Below, piece by piece: positions 1-8,317 of a stretch of DNA of 11,428 nt (positions are counted from its first letter, which is position 1; each line of letters starts with the position of its first letter). The notes beneath the pieces were generated by a model, which saw only the letters and a program-made list of their open reading frames with translations, ran no database searches and was not told the origin of the DNA. Made by a program: the position numbers and the translations under genes. The stretch covers positions 1-11,428 of the forward strand of contig NW_021826992.1 in assembly GCF_006345805.1 (NCBI RefSeq), read 5' to 3'. The DNA comes from Octopus sinensis (lineage: Eukaryota).

Positions 1-780
1 GACTCGAAATCAAGTTGAGTTGCAGGAGGAGAGCCAACAGGCAGATGACAGCACTTTGACACGTTCAGACACAGGTCCCATTCGTTAGACCACCTCCAAA
101 TTTGGTGGAGGCATCGACGAAGATCCTCTATATCACCGCGAGGAGCGACCAGTTGACATCGTCAGCAAATAAAAAGGTGTGTTGCGTGAGGTCGTCGGGC
201 AAGTCATTTATGAAGACTAAGAACAATAAGGGCCAAGCACTGAACCTTGAGGCACGCCACTGCCTCACTGGAGACGACGTCGGACCGCGAACCATTAACT
301 TGGACTTGGAGGAGCGATCTGAGAGGAAACAACCAACCATCGTACAATATCCGGATGGAAACTATATGCTTGAAGCTTGACAAGTAATAGGCGGTGGTTT
401 ACGAGTCAAAAGCTTTGGCAAAGTCCAATAAAACGATGTCAACAGCATCACTATCATCGAGGATGCGCGTCACCAATTCTTCCATTACCAGTAAGTTGGT
501 CAAGCATGATCTCTTCGGCACGAAGCCGTGTTGAGAATCGAGATAGAGGCTGTGTTTTGGAGGGAGCATCATACTTTTCTTAAGGATGATTTCGAACATC
601 TTGCTGATTATTAATGTAAGGGGAACCGGTCGGTAGTTAAGCGGGTCTTCGCGGCTCCCTTTCTTGAAAATTGGGCAGATTATCGCTGTTCTCCAGTCCG
701 CAGGTATAACACCCGTCGCCAATGACATATTGAATAGACGTGTTAAGGGCTCGCAGATGACCGGAGCTAAACCCTTTATT
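1..780 (-). mobile_element. Non-LTR retrotransposon (CR1/L2-like LINE) ORF2 reverse transcriptase fragment, frameshifted and 5'-truncated; continues beyond window start
   Basis: Joining the minus-strand frames gives the canonical RT motifs in order: LAPVICEPLTRLFNMSLATGVIPADWRTAIICPIFKKGSREDPLNYRPV, SQHGFVPKRSCLTNLL, VDIVLLDFAKAFDS(VNHRLLLVKL), [42 protein letters not shown]. Several small indels break the frame. Confidence 0.93.
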
Positions 781-1484
781 GCTTAGTATTACTTAAATTT
801 TCCTCGAATGAGGCTTTTACATGCCGAAGACTACTTGGTGTAATTGATAATTATTCCAAATTAATTAATTTCACCCTTCATTATTACGGATAACCATATT
901 TTATCTCAGTAGATGACCACAACATCTTGTTTTTGGCTACACGCGGGTGGGAAGGGGCTGGTGACACAATCTTTTCATTCACGCATTGAATTTGTGATAC
1001 TAGTTGCGGATTCTAGCTCGCTCTGATACTGAGTTGAGTTGGTGCCTTCTGTATCTCAAAATTCAATATATAATCATTTATGATTATAGTATTCTACGCT
1101 GAAGAGAAAAAGTTTTTGGTAAGATAAAATTATTTAATATTTAATTCTATGCTTTCCTAAAGACTTGATTTCGAAACGTACGTCCGTAGATAACTTAAAA
1201 TTGTATGATAGATTGCCGTCAATTCATTCTCTTTACCTGTTTGTGTCTGCCTTCCAATTGCTGTTTTTTACTGAGATCTCCCTTTTTAGTAGAAGAAATA
1301 GCTATAACTCTTTGACTGCTATTTCTAAATTCGGTATGTGGTAAGGCAATTCGTTGCTAAACCCTTTATTGCTTAGTATTACTTAAATTTTCCTCGAATG
1401 AGGCTTTTACATGCCGAAGACTACTTGGTGTAATTGATAATTATTCCAAATTAATTAATTTCACCCTTCATTATTACGGATAAC
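766..1484 (+). mobile_element. Non-coding hammerhead-bearing element with 129-bp terminal direct repeat (Penelope-like pLTR or retrozyme-like), 590-bp period
   Basis: 766-894 and 1356-1484 are identical by eye (gctaaaccctttatt...attacggataac). An intact HHR lies at 1093-1190. The 3' end runs into (TA)n. Confidence 0.7.
1093..1190 (+). ncRNA. Type I hammerhead ribozyme, intact core
   Basis: Stem I TCTACG(1093-1098)/CGTAGA(1185-1190). Core CTGAAGA 1099-1105. Stem II GAAA/TTTC plus AAGTTTTTGG/CTAAAGACTT. GAAAC 1173-1177, palindromic loop GTAC, cleavage triplet GTC 1182-1184. Confidence 0.88.
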
Positions 1485-1515
<31 letters not shown>

Positions 1516-1522
1516 TATATAT
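1485..1522. repeat. (TA)n microsatellite
   Basis: Direct reading. Confidence 0.95.
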
Positions 1523-1821
1523 AAGTTAATATTTAACATTATAGTCGATTTCGATATAATCATATTTAATAATAGAGTTTATTATAGTAAATTATTATTT
1601 TAGATTATATAGATATTTTATATCTTAAAAATATTGATTATATTTTAGATTTGAAACCACCTGAAGAATGTCTACTACTCAAAGATGTGATGAAAAGAAG
1701 ACATGAAACGATCGTAGTGGATATTAATAATTGTTAAATTTCTAAATTATATAAATTAATTTATGTTGGATTAAGTCTTTCTTTGTTTGATTTGCATAAT
1801 AGTGGTTTTGTCTCTAATTTA

Positions 1822-1825
<4 letters not shown>
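1523..1825 (+). mobile_element. AT-rich hammerhead-bearing repeat (Penelope-like pLTR fragment) between two (TA)n tracts
   Basis: Homologous in inverted orientation to ~9885-10255 (shared blocks aacattatagtcgatt, aatagagtttattata, catgaaacgatcgtagtg, tttgtttgatttgc, tctctaattta). Contains the HHR at 1657-1720. Confidence 0.7.
1657..1720 (+). ncRNA. Type I hammerhead ribozyme, intact core
   Basis: Stem I CCAC/GTGG. Core CTGAAGA 1661-1667. Stem II ATGTCT(1668-1673)/AGACAT(1699-1704). GAAAC 1705-1709, palindromic loop GATC, cleavage triplet GTA 1714-1716. Confidence 0.87.

Positions 1826-1880
<55 letters not shown>
1826..1880. repeat. (TA)n microsatellite
   Basis: Direct reading. Confidence 0.95.
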
Positions 1881-1883
<3 letters not shown>

Positions 1884-2149
1884 AGTAGTTACTAAGTTGG
1901 GTAAAATGGGTAAAAATAGCAGTTAAGTCTCTCTGAAATTATTGTGTCTCTGTCTCTCTTGAACATGAAGAAAAACTGACTGCGTAAGGGAATCGGAAAA
2001 TCTCTCCAATGCCTAGAGATAATGATACGGAAAATGGAAGGTAGCAAGGCGGGATTGTCACGGTTAGAACGCGCAGCCGGATGAATTCATGAGGAGCGGA
2101 ATATATCATGTGTTTTTTTTTATTATTATGCGAAGACAGAGAAGGAAAT

Positions 2150-2765
<616 letters not shown>

Positions 2766-2776
2766 AACCGTATGAA

Positions 2777-2784
2777 CCGGAAGT
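2777..2784 (+). promoter_or_regulatory. Possible ETS-family site CCGGAAGT in a CpG-retaining unique patch
   Basis: Exact ETS/GABPA-type consensus about 140 bp upstream of a candidate ATG. A single 8-mer could be chance. Confidence 0.25.
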
Positions 2785-2922
2785 TGTCGTTGCAGGCTGT
2801 GTATATATTTTATTTGCAAACGTGTAGAAGATAGCCGATTATTTAAGTAATGGTTAGGAAAAACTGAAGGAAAGAAATGGGTGGCAAACCCTTTCAAGAA
2901 GCCAGATCGATTGTCTCATAAT

Positions 2923-3012
2923 ATGGAGAACGAACGCCAGTTCGATTCCTCTATGGAGGTTGGTGAAGGATCGAAAGCGACAAATGGGAAGAAAGGGCCT
3001 TCGGTACGAAAG
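2923..3012 (+). CDS. Candidate first coding exon (MENERQFDSSMEVGEGSKATNGKKGPSVRK), product unknown
   Basis: ATG in AATATGG context, non-repetitive CpG-rich sequence, ending at AAG|GTAAGG (phase-0 donor at 3013). No recognisable homology and no downstream exon identified. Confidence 0.3.
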
Positions 3013-3128
3013 GTAAGGCCTTACGTTCATACAAAACCTACAGATAATATAGTTCTATATTTAAGAGATGAGGAATTATGTAAATTATTTACATTTGACA
3101 GATATTTGTCCTCATCCTGTTTGTTGTT

Positions 3129-3174
3129 AACACAATGTTTTGGCTGATATACCCTCCAGCCTTCATCAGGTGTC
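3129..3174 (-). ncRNA. Minimal type I hammerhead motif, degenerate (copy A)
   Basis: Minus strand: GACAC CTGATGA A GGCTGG agggtata TCAGCC AAAAC ATT GTGTT. Two G>A changes relative to the inferred consensus GAAAC GTT, both at CpG positions. Confidence 0.65.
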
Positions 3175-3222
3175 TTGGAGAAATTTCGAACCTGGCTTCT
3201 CATTCCTATGGTCTTTTTCGAT

Positions 3223-3229
3223 GTTATTA

Positions 3230-3321
<92 letters not shown>

Positions 3322-3382
3322 ATTGTTATTATTATTATTGTTGTTGTTATTATTGTTATTATTATTATTATTGTTGTCATTG

Positions 3383-3423
<41 letters not shown>

Positions 3424-3643
3424 GTTGTTGTTGCTGTTGTTATTATTATCATTATTATTATTGTTGTTATTATTGTTATTATTATTGTTGTTATTATTGT
3501 TATTATTATTATAATTATTATTGTTGTTGTTATTATTATTATTATCATTATTATTATTGTTGTTATTGTTATTATTATTATAATAATAATTATTATTGTT
3601 GTCGTTGTTATTATTATTATTATTGTTATTATTATTATTATTA

Positions 3644-3674
<31 letters not shown>

Positions 3675-3678
3675 CATT
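3223..3678. repeat. (ATT)n/(GTT)n compound trinucleotide microsatellite, ~455 bp
   Basis: Direct reading; explains the poly-I/L/Y/V ORFs. Confidence 0.97.
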
Positions 3679-3743
3679 CGAGATGAGAAATTATTTACAT
3701 TATTTACATTTGACGGATATTTGTCCTCACCTTGTTTGTTGTT

Positions 3744-3786
3744 AACACGTTTCGGCTGATATACCCTCCAGCCTTCATCAGGTGTC
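3744..3786 (-). ncRNA. Minimal type I hammerhead motif, degenerate (copy B)
   Basis: Minus strand: GACAC CTGATGA A GGCTGG agggtata TCAGCC GAAAC --- GTGTT. Core intact, but the 3-nt cleavage triplet is missing relative to copy A. Confidence 0.65.
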
Positions 3787-3801
3787 TTGGGGGAATTTCT
3801 A

Positions 3802-3933
3802 TCGGCAAAAGAGGCCGATAGAATAAGTACTAGGCTTACAAGGAATAAGTCCTGAGATCGATTTGCTCAACTAAAGGTGGTGCTCCAGCATGGCCGCAGT
3901 CAAATGACTGAAACAAGTAAAAGAGTAAAGAGT
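3802..3933 (+). mobile_element. SINE 3' tail fragment
   Basis: tcggcaaaagaggccgatagaataagtactagg...ccagcatggccgcagtcaaatgactgaaacaagtaaaagagt matches the tail of the copy at 6981 and the reverse complement of 8046 and 9330. Confidence 0.9.
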
Positions 3934-3944
3934 ATATACATATA

Positions 3945-4188
3945 AGTTCAGCAAAATTTGGATTGAAGTGAATATGGTACTTTAGTCAGATGCACCAGAA
4001 TTTTGTACGGTGTTATCCATATAAATCCATGGGGTGATTATAATCAAAGTAAGCAACAAGAATATCTCCGGTAATTTTGTATGATCGTTTCACGCTACAT
4101 CATTTTATTAAACATTGTAAGTATTACATCAGTTTTTAAATGTTGAGCAATCTTCTGCCATTCATAGAGGTTTTCCATCAATACATTT
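3945..4188 (-). mobile_element. Hammerhead-bearing pLTR-like fragment with degenerate HHR at ~4079-4160
   Basis: 4091-4188 is the reverse-complement homologue of 11331-11428, and 4005-4092 is homologous to 7367-7452. The minus strand reads TGG CAGAAGA TTGCT...AGCGT GAAAC GATC ATA. Confidence 0.65.
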
Positions 4189-4353
4189 ATACGACGGACT
4201 TCTTTCAGTTTCCATCTACTAAATCTAATCCAAGGCTTTGGTCGGTCCGAAGCCATAGTAGCAGACACTTGCCCGAGGTGCCACGCAGTGAGACTGAACC
4301 TAGAGTCATGTGGTTGGTAAGCAAGCTACTTACCATACAGCCACTCCTGCGCC
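4189..4353 (-). mobile_element. tRNA-derived SINE, 5' half
   Basis: Reverse complement starts ggcgcaggagtggctgtatggtaagtagcttgcttacc...ggttcagtctc, same family as 6981. Confidence 0.9.
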
Positions 4354-4451
4354 TATATATATATAGGCGCATTCTCTGACCCAAGGCACATTCTTAAAAC
4401 GCCAGCTGAGTTTAATACGTCTCAATCGAAAGACGCCTGTTGTGATGTCCT

Positions 4452-4455
4452 GTTA

Positions 4456-4487
<32 letters not shown>

Positions 4488-4513
4488 GTTGTTGTTGTTA
4501 TTGTTGTTGTTGT
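4452..4513. repeat. (TTA)n/(TTG)n microsatellite
   Basis: Direct reading. Confidence 0.95.
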
Positions 4514-4778
4514 TTTTACGTATCATGTTGGTATTCATATTCGTGTATCGTCGTCCGTTTTCCGTCCTTGTTTCGTATACATTCGAAGCTTTTTCCAAGG
4601 AATCTAATGCGCTTAGCTTAGTTTTACCCTGGGGCTGGCCAGATTGGAGTAATCTCAAGATTAATCAGCCTAAATTGCGAGGATGATCCGGTTCTTGACT
4701 GAAGATTGAAGGCTTCGAATGTCCCGCCCGTGTTTTTTGTATCGTCTTCTAAATGTTATGCGTTCTTGTCCCAGTTTG

Positions 4779-4784
<6 letters not shown>

Positions 4785-4842
<58 letters not shown>
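4785..4842. repeat. (CA)n then (TA)n microsatellite
   Basis: Direct reading. Confidence 0.95.
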
Positions 4843-4843
<1 letters not shown>

Positions 4844-4980
4844 CGACGAGCTTGTTTCAATTTCCGTCTACCAAATGGTCGGCCCGAGGCTATAGTAGAA
4901 GTAGGTGCCATGCAGTGGGACTGAACCCGGAACCATGTGGTTGGTAAGCAAGCTACTTACCACACAGCTACTACTGCGCC
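4841..4980 (-). mobile_element. tRNA-derived SINE, 5' half with two internal deletions
   Basis: Matches the family head (gcagtgggactgaacccggaaccatgtggttggtaagcaagctacttaccacacag on the + strand). Confidence 0.9.
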
Positions 4981-5347
4981 TTTATTTATTTAATTTTTTT
5001 TCCAAAAAATTGAAATTTAACGAAATTTTTTGTTTTCAGAATCATAATCTCCGGTTTTTTTTTCTATGTATATCGCCCCAATAAATTTCTTAAAAATGTG
5101 AAAAATTGGGGAAAGGGGATAAATTTTTGAAATGCCGGGATTTTTTTTGCAGAATCGGAATCTCCGCAAACGAAAACGTGGGTTTCAGTAGAAAAAATAT
5201 AAAAATAAAAAAATAAATAAAATAAGTAACAGTAAGATTGGTGCGATCCATGTCCTTTACCTCCGCCGATTCTCATTATATTGGAATATGTGCTAAAACG
5301 TTTTTCCCAGGATGGGGATGATCGTTGATGTTCTGGTTGTGACTCCG

Positions 5348-6470
5348 TGGCTGCTGTTTCTAGCACGACGAGTATGAGCCAGTTGGTGAAGATTTGACTG
5401 CTGTTTCTAGCAGAGTGATTATGAGCGTTTTGAAGAGCGATTTGGTGGAGTTTGGCTATGGTTTCTAGCAGAATGAGTATGAGCAAATTGGTGGAGTTCA
5501 GCTGCTATTTCTAGCATAATGTGTATGAGCGATTTGATGGTGTTTAACTGCTATTTCTAACATAATGAGTATGAGCGCTTTGGTAGGGTTTGGCTGCTAT
5601 TTCTAGCATAATGATTATGAACAATTTGGTGAGGTTTGGCTGCTATTTCTAGCATAATGATTATGAACAATTTGGTGGGGTTTGACTGCTATTTCTAGCG
5701 TAATGAGAATGAACGATTTAGTGGGGTTTAGCTGCTATTTCTAGCATAATAAGTATAAGCGATTTAGTGGGGTTTAGCTGCTATTTCTAGCATAATGATT
5801 ATGAACGATTTGGTAGGGTTTGGCTGCTATTTCTAGCATAAAGAATATGAATGATTTGGTGGGTTTGACTGCTATTTCTAGCATAATGAGTAAGAGGGAT
5901 TTGGTAGGGTTTAGCTGCTATTTCTAGCATGAGCGATTTGGTGGGGTTTAGCTGCAATTTTCTAGTATAAAGAGTATGCGCGATTTGGTGGGGTTTGACT
6001 GCTATTTCTAGTTTAATGTGTATGAGCGATTTGGTGGTGTTTAGCTGCTTTTTCTAGCATTATGAGTATGAACGATTTGGTGATGTTAACTGCTATTTCT
6101 AGCATAATGAGTATGCGCGACTTTCTGGGGTTTGGCTGCTATTTCTAGCATAATGAGTATGCACGACTTTGTGGGGTTTGGCTGCTATTTCTAGCATAAT
6201 GAGTATGAGCGAATGTTGGTGTTTCGCTACTATTTCTAGCAGAATGAGTATGAGCGAATGTTGGTGTTTCGCTACTATTTCTAGCAGAATGAGTATGAGG
6301 TTTGGTGGGGTTTAGCTGCTATTTCTAGCATAATGAGTATAAGCGATTTAGTGGGGGTTTAACTGCTATTTCTAGCATAATGAATATGAGCGATTTGGTG
6401 GGTTTAGCTGCTATTTCTAGCAAAAGGAGTTTGAGCGAATTGCTGGAGGATGGCTGCTGTTTCTAGCAAA
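5348..6470 (+). repeat. Minisatellite, ~25 units of 45-46 bp; consensus GATTTGGTGGGGTTTRRCTGCTATTTCTAGCATAATGAGTATGAGC
   Basis: Core CTGCTATTTCTAGCA recurs at 5351, 5398, 5456, 5502, 5548, 5594, 5640, 5686, 5732, 5778, 5824 ... 6408, 6454. Edge units are more diverged. Confidence 0.95.
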
Positions 6471-6487
6471 ATGGTTGACTTTGGCTG

Positions 6488-6681
6488 TATGTATGTATGT
6501 ATGGAGTGTGTGTATTTGTGTCTGTGTCCCAAAGATAGCTTCACGACCGATGCTGGTTTGTTTACGACCCCGTAACGTCGCGGTTCGGCTAAAGAGACGC
6601 CGATATAATCAGTGCTAGGTCTCCAAAGATTGAGACCTGGCGTTGCTTTGCTCGTCGAAATCGCGCTGCTCCAGCGTGGCC
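6488..6681 (+). mobile_element. Diverged SINE 3' half
   Basis: accgatgctggtttgtttacgaccccgtaacgtcgcggttcggctaaagagac...gctccagcgtggcc aligns to ~7180-7350. Confidence 0.8.
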
Positions 6682-6724
6682 CTCACGCGCATACGCATGC
6701 GCACACATATTTATATGTACGCGC

Positions 6725-6887
6725 TCACTTTCTTCTCTTCTTATCTTCTTTCCTTCCATTCTTCGCTGTCTGTCTGTCTGTCTGTCTATCTATTTCTTCC
6801 GTTCACCCTTTCTTCCTTTCTTTCTCTCTCTCTCCCTCGCTCTCAATCTGTCCATCTTTTCATCTCTATCTCTATGCGTAATGCACA

Positions 6888-6947
<60 letters not shown>

Positions 6948-6980
6948 ACACACACAAACAAACATATATATATGTATATA
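6725..6980. repeat. CT-rich low-complexity tract followed by (CA)n at 6884-6960 and TA
   Basis: Direct reading. Confidence 0.9.
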
Positions 6981-7366
6981 GGCGTAGGAGTGGTTGTGTT
7001 GTAAGTAGCTTGCTTACCAACCACATGGTTCCAGCTTCAGTCCCACTGCGTGGCACCTTGGGCAAGTGTCTTCTACTATAGTCTCGGACCGACCAAAGCT
7101 TTGTGAGTGGATTTGGTAGACGGAAACTGAAAGAAGCCCGTCGTATATATGTATGTATATATATGTATGAGTGTGTATATGTTTGTGTGTCTATGTTTCT
7201 CCCCCAACATTGCTTGACAACCGATACTGGTGTGTTTACGTCGCCGTAACTTAGTGGTTCGGCAAAAGAGACCGATAGAATAAGTAGGCTTACAAAGAAT
7301 AAGTCCTGGAGTCGATTTACTCGACTAAAGGTGGTGCTCCAGCATAGCCACAGTCACATGACTGAA
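6981..7366 (+). mobile_element. Near full-length tRNA-derived SINE (octopus-type) with internal TA/TG microsatellite
   Basis: Pol III A-box-like TGGTTGTGTTG (6991-7001) and B-box-like GCTTCAGTCCC (7034-7044), a CORE-reminiscent accttgggcaagt segment, and the conserved tail. About 10 related copies in the window. Confidence 0.92.
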
Positions 7367-7513
7367 GTACGTTATTATCCATACAATTTCAAAGTAACGT
7401 GATTAAAATAAGCAACAAGGATATCCAGAGGTAATACAGTACGATCGTTTCATGTTCGTTGCATTCTTTAATTAAATGGAGTTGCCTGAAACGATCGTAG
7501 TGCATTACCTCTG

Positions 7514-7518
<5 letters not shown>
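7367..7518. mobile_element. Two inverted pLTR-like fragments, each carrying only the 3' half of a hammerhead (GAAAC GATC GTA)
   Basis: 7421-7452 and 7487-7518 are inverted repeats matching at 29 of 32 positions. The left part is homologous to 4005-4092. Confidence 0.65.
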
Positions 7519-7552
<34 letters not shown>

Positions 7553-7672
7553 TTAAATCCTTAAAGATGTTTAGCCCGAAGGCCGCGGCCATGCTGGGGC
7601 GCCACCGCTGTATGTGTGTATATATATATATATTATGTATGTATGTATGCATATATATAATATAAATATATG

Positions 7673-7725
<53 letters not shown>
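7517..7725. repeat. (TA)n/TATG tracts with a short SINE-tail-like piece (~7571-7608, minus)
   Basis: Direct reading; gcggccatgctggggcgccaccgc resembles the reverse complement of the SINE tail ggtgctccagcatggccgc. Confidence 0.8.
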
Positions 7726-7726
<1 letters not shown>

Positions 7727-8001
7727 TTCACTGGAAAAAGGATATATATTTGCAAAGGGAACCTACTTTTCATCGACAACTGTGATTGTCACACGCTGAT
7801 GACGGATCAATAGCCAGAAACTCGAGTTCGTGTGTAATCAAGGTTGAAGACGGGTATGGATGGCTTCCCTTTGCAAATACTGATAGGGCACAGAAAGTGT
7901 CTCAATAGGCAGATGGAGGAGGTGTCCTCCTGGGGCTACAAGCTACAGTAGTATCCACCCTTAGGGGTTAGTCATATATAAATGGCAAATATACTTACGT
8001 T
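7726..8001 (+). mobile_element. 276-bp structured hammerhead-bearing insert between two (TA)n tracts
   Basis: Unique sequence bounded by TA arrays. HHR at 7790-7834 is enclosed by a perfect 15-bp inverted repeat, 7747-7761/7865-7879. Confidence 0.6.
7790..7834 (+). ncRNA. Type I hammerhead ribozyme, core intact, weak stem II
   Basis: Stem I CACACG/CGTGTG. Core CTGATGA 7796-7802. Stem II cGGatcaatagCCa, mismatched. GAAAC 7817-7821, palindromic loop TCGA, triplet GTT 7826-7828. Confidence 0.8.

Positions 8002-8045
<44 letters not shown>
8002..8045. repeat. (TA)n microsatellite
   Basis: Direct reading. Confidence 0.95.
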
Positions 8046-8046
<1 letters not shown>

Positions 8047-8250
8047 CTCTTTACTCTTTTACTTGTTTCATCATTTGACTGCGGCCATGCTGGAGCCCGC
8101 CTTTAGTCGAGCAAATCGACCCGAGGACTTATTCTTTAGAAGCCTAGTACTTATTCTATGGGTCTCTTTTGTCGAACCGCTAAGTTACGGGGACGTAAAC
8201 ACGATGTTGGAGTGGCCAACACAGACACACAACATACACGCGCTCAAACA

Positions 8251-8317
<67 letters not shown>

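Larger units (their letters stand above)
3045..3799 (-). mobile_element. Repeat unit with two hammerhead-containing ~120-bp direct repeats flanking a trinucleotide microsatellite
   Basis: 3065-3187 and 3680-3799 are diverged direct repeats (gagatgag...catcaggtgtcttgg...aatttc). Each carries a minus-strand CTGATGA hammerhead core. Confidence 0.7.

Noticed and set aside
159-165. Minus-strand CTGACGA hammerhead-like core
   Set aside because: These are the Ala-Asp-Asp codons of the RT FADD motif; no stems or GAAA partner
102-583. Plus-strand ORFs 102..380 and 377..583
   Set aside because: Antisense shadows of the RT fragment
805-832. CGAATGA-GGC ttttacat GCC-GAAGAC in the 129-bp repeat (also ~1395-1422) as a variant hammerhead
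   Set aside because: A stem II-like hairpin is present, but the core deviates from CTGANGA/GAAA and no stem I or III could be formed. Worth rechecking only against a family consensus.
4699-4725. CTGAAGA...CGAATGTC as a hammerhead
   Set aside because: Stem II would need a 1-nt loop, GAAT replaces GAAA, and there is no stem I or III
5295-5345. Splice acceptor tttttcccag|G at ~5310 as exon 2 of the candidate gene
   Set aside because: The phase-0 frame hits TGA after five codons, and the sequence runs into the minisatellite with no clear donor
5580-6360. Telomere-like G-rich motifs (TAGGGTT, GGGGTTTAG) in the minisatellite
   Set aside because: Only one G-run per 46-bp unit and no tandem TTAGGG
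5348-6470. CRISPR-like array (conserved core plus variable intervening sequence)
   Set aside because: The intervening parts are homologous to each other rather than unique spacers, there are no cas genes, and the context is eukaryotic. It is a minisatellite.
6981-7055. tRNA gene
   Set aside because: A/B-box-like head continues into SINE body and tail in multiple diverged copies; no convincing cloverleaf
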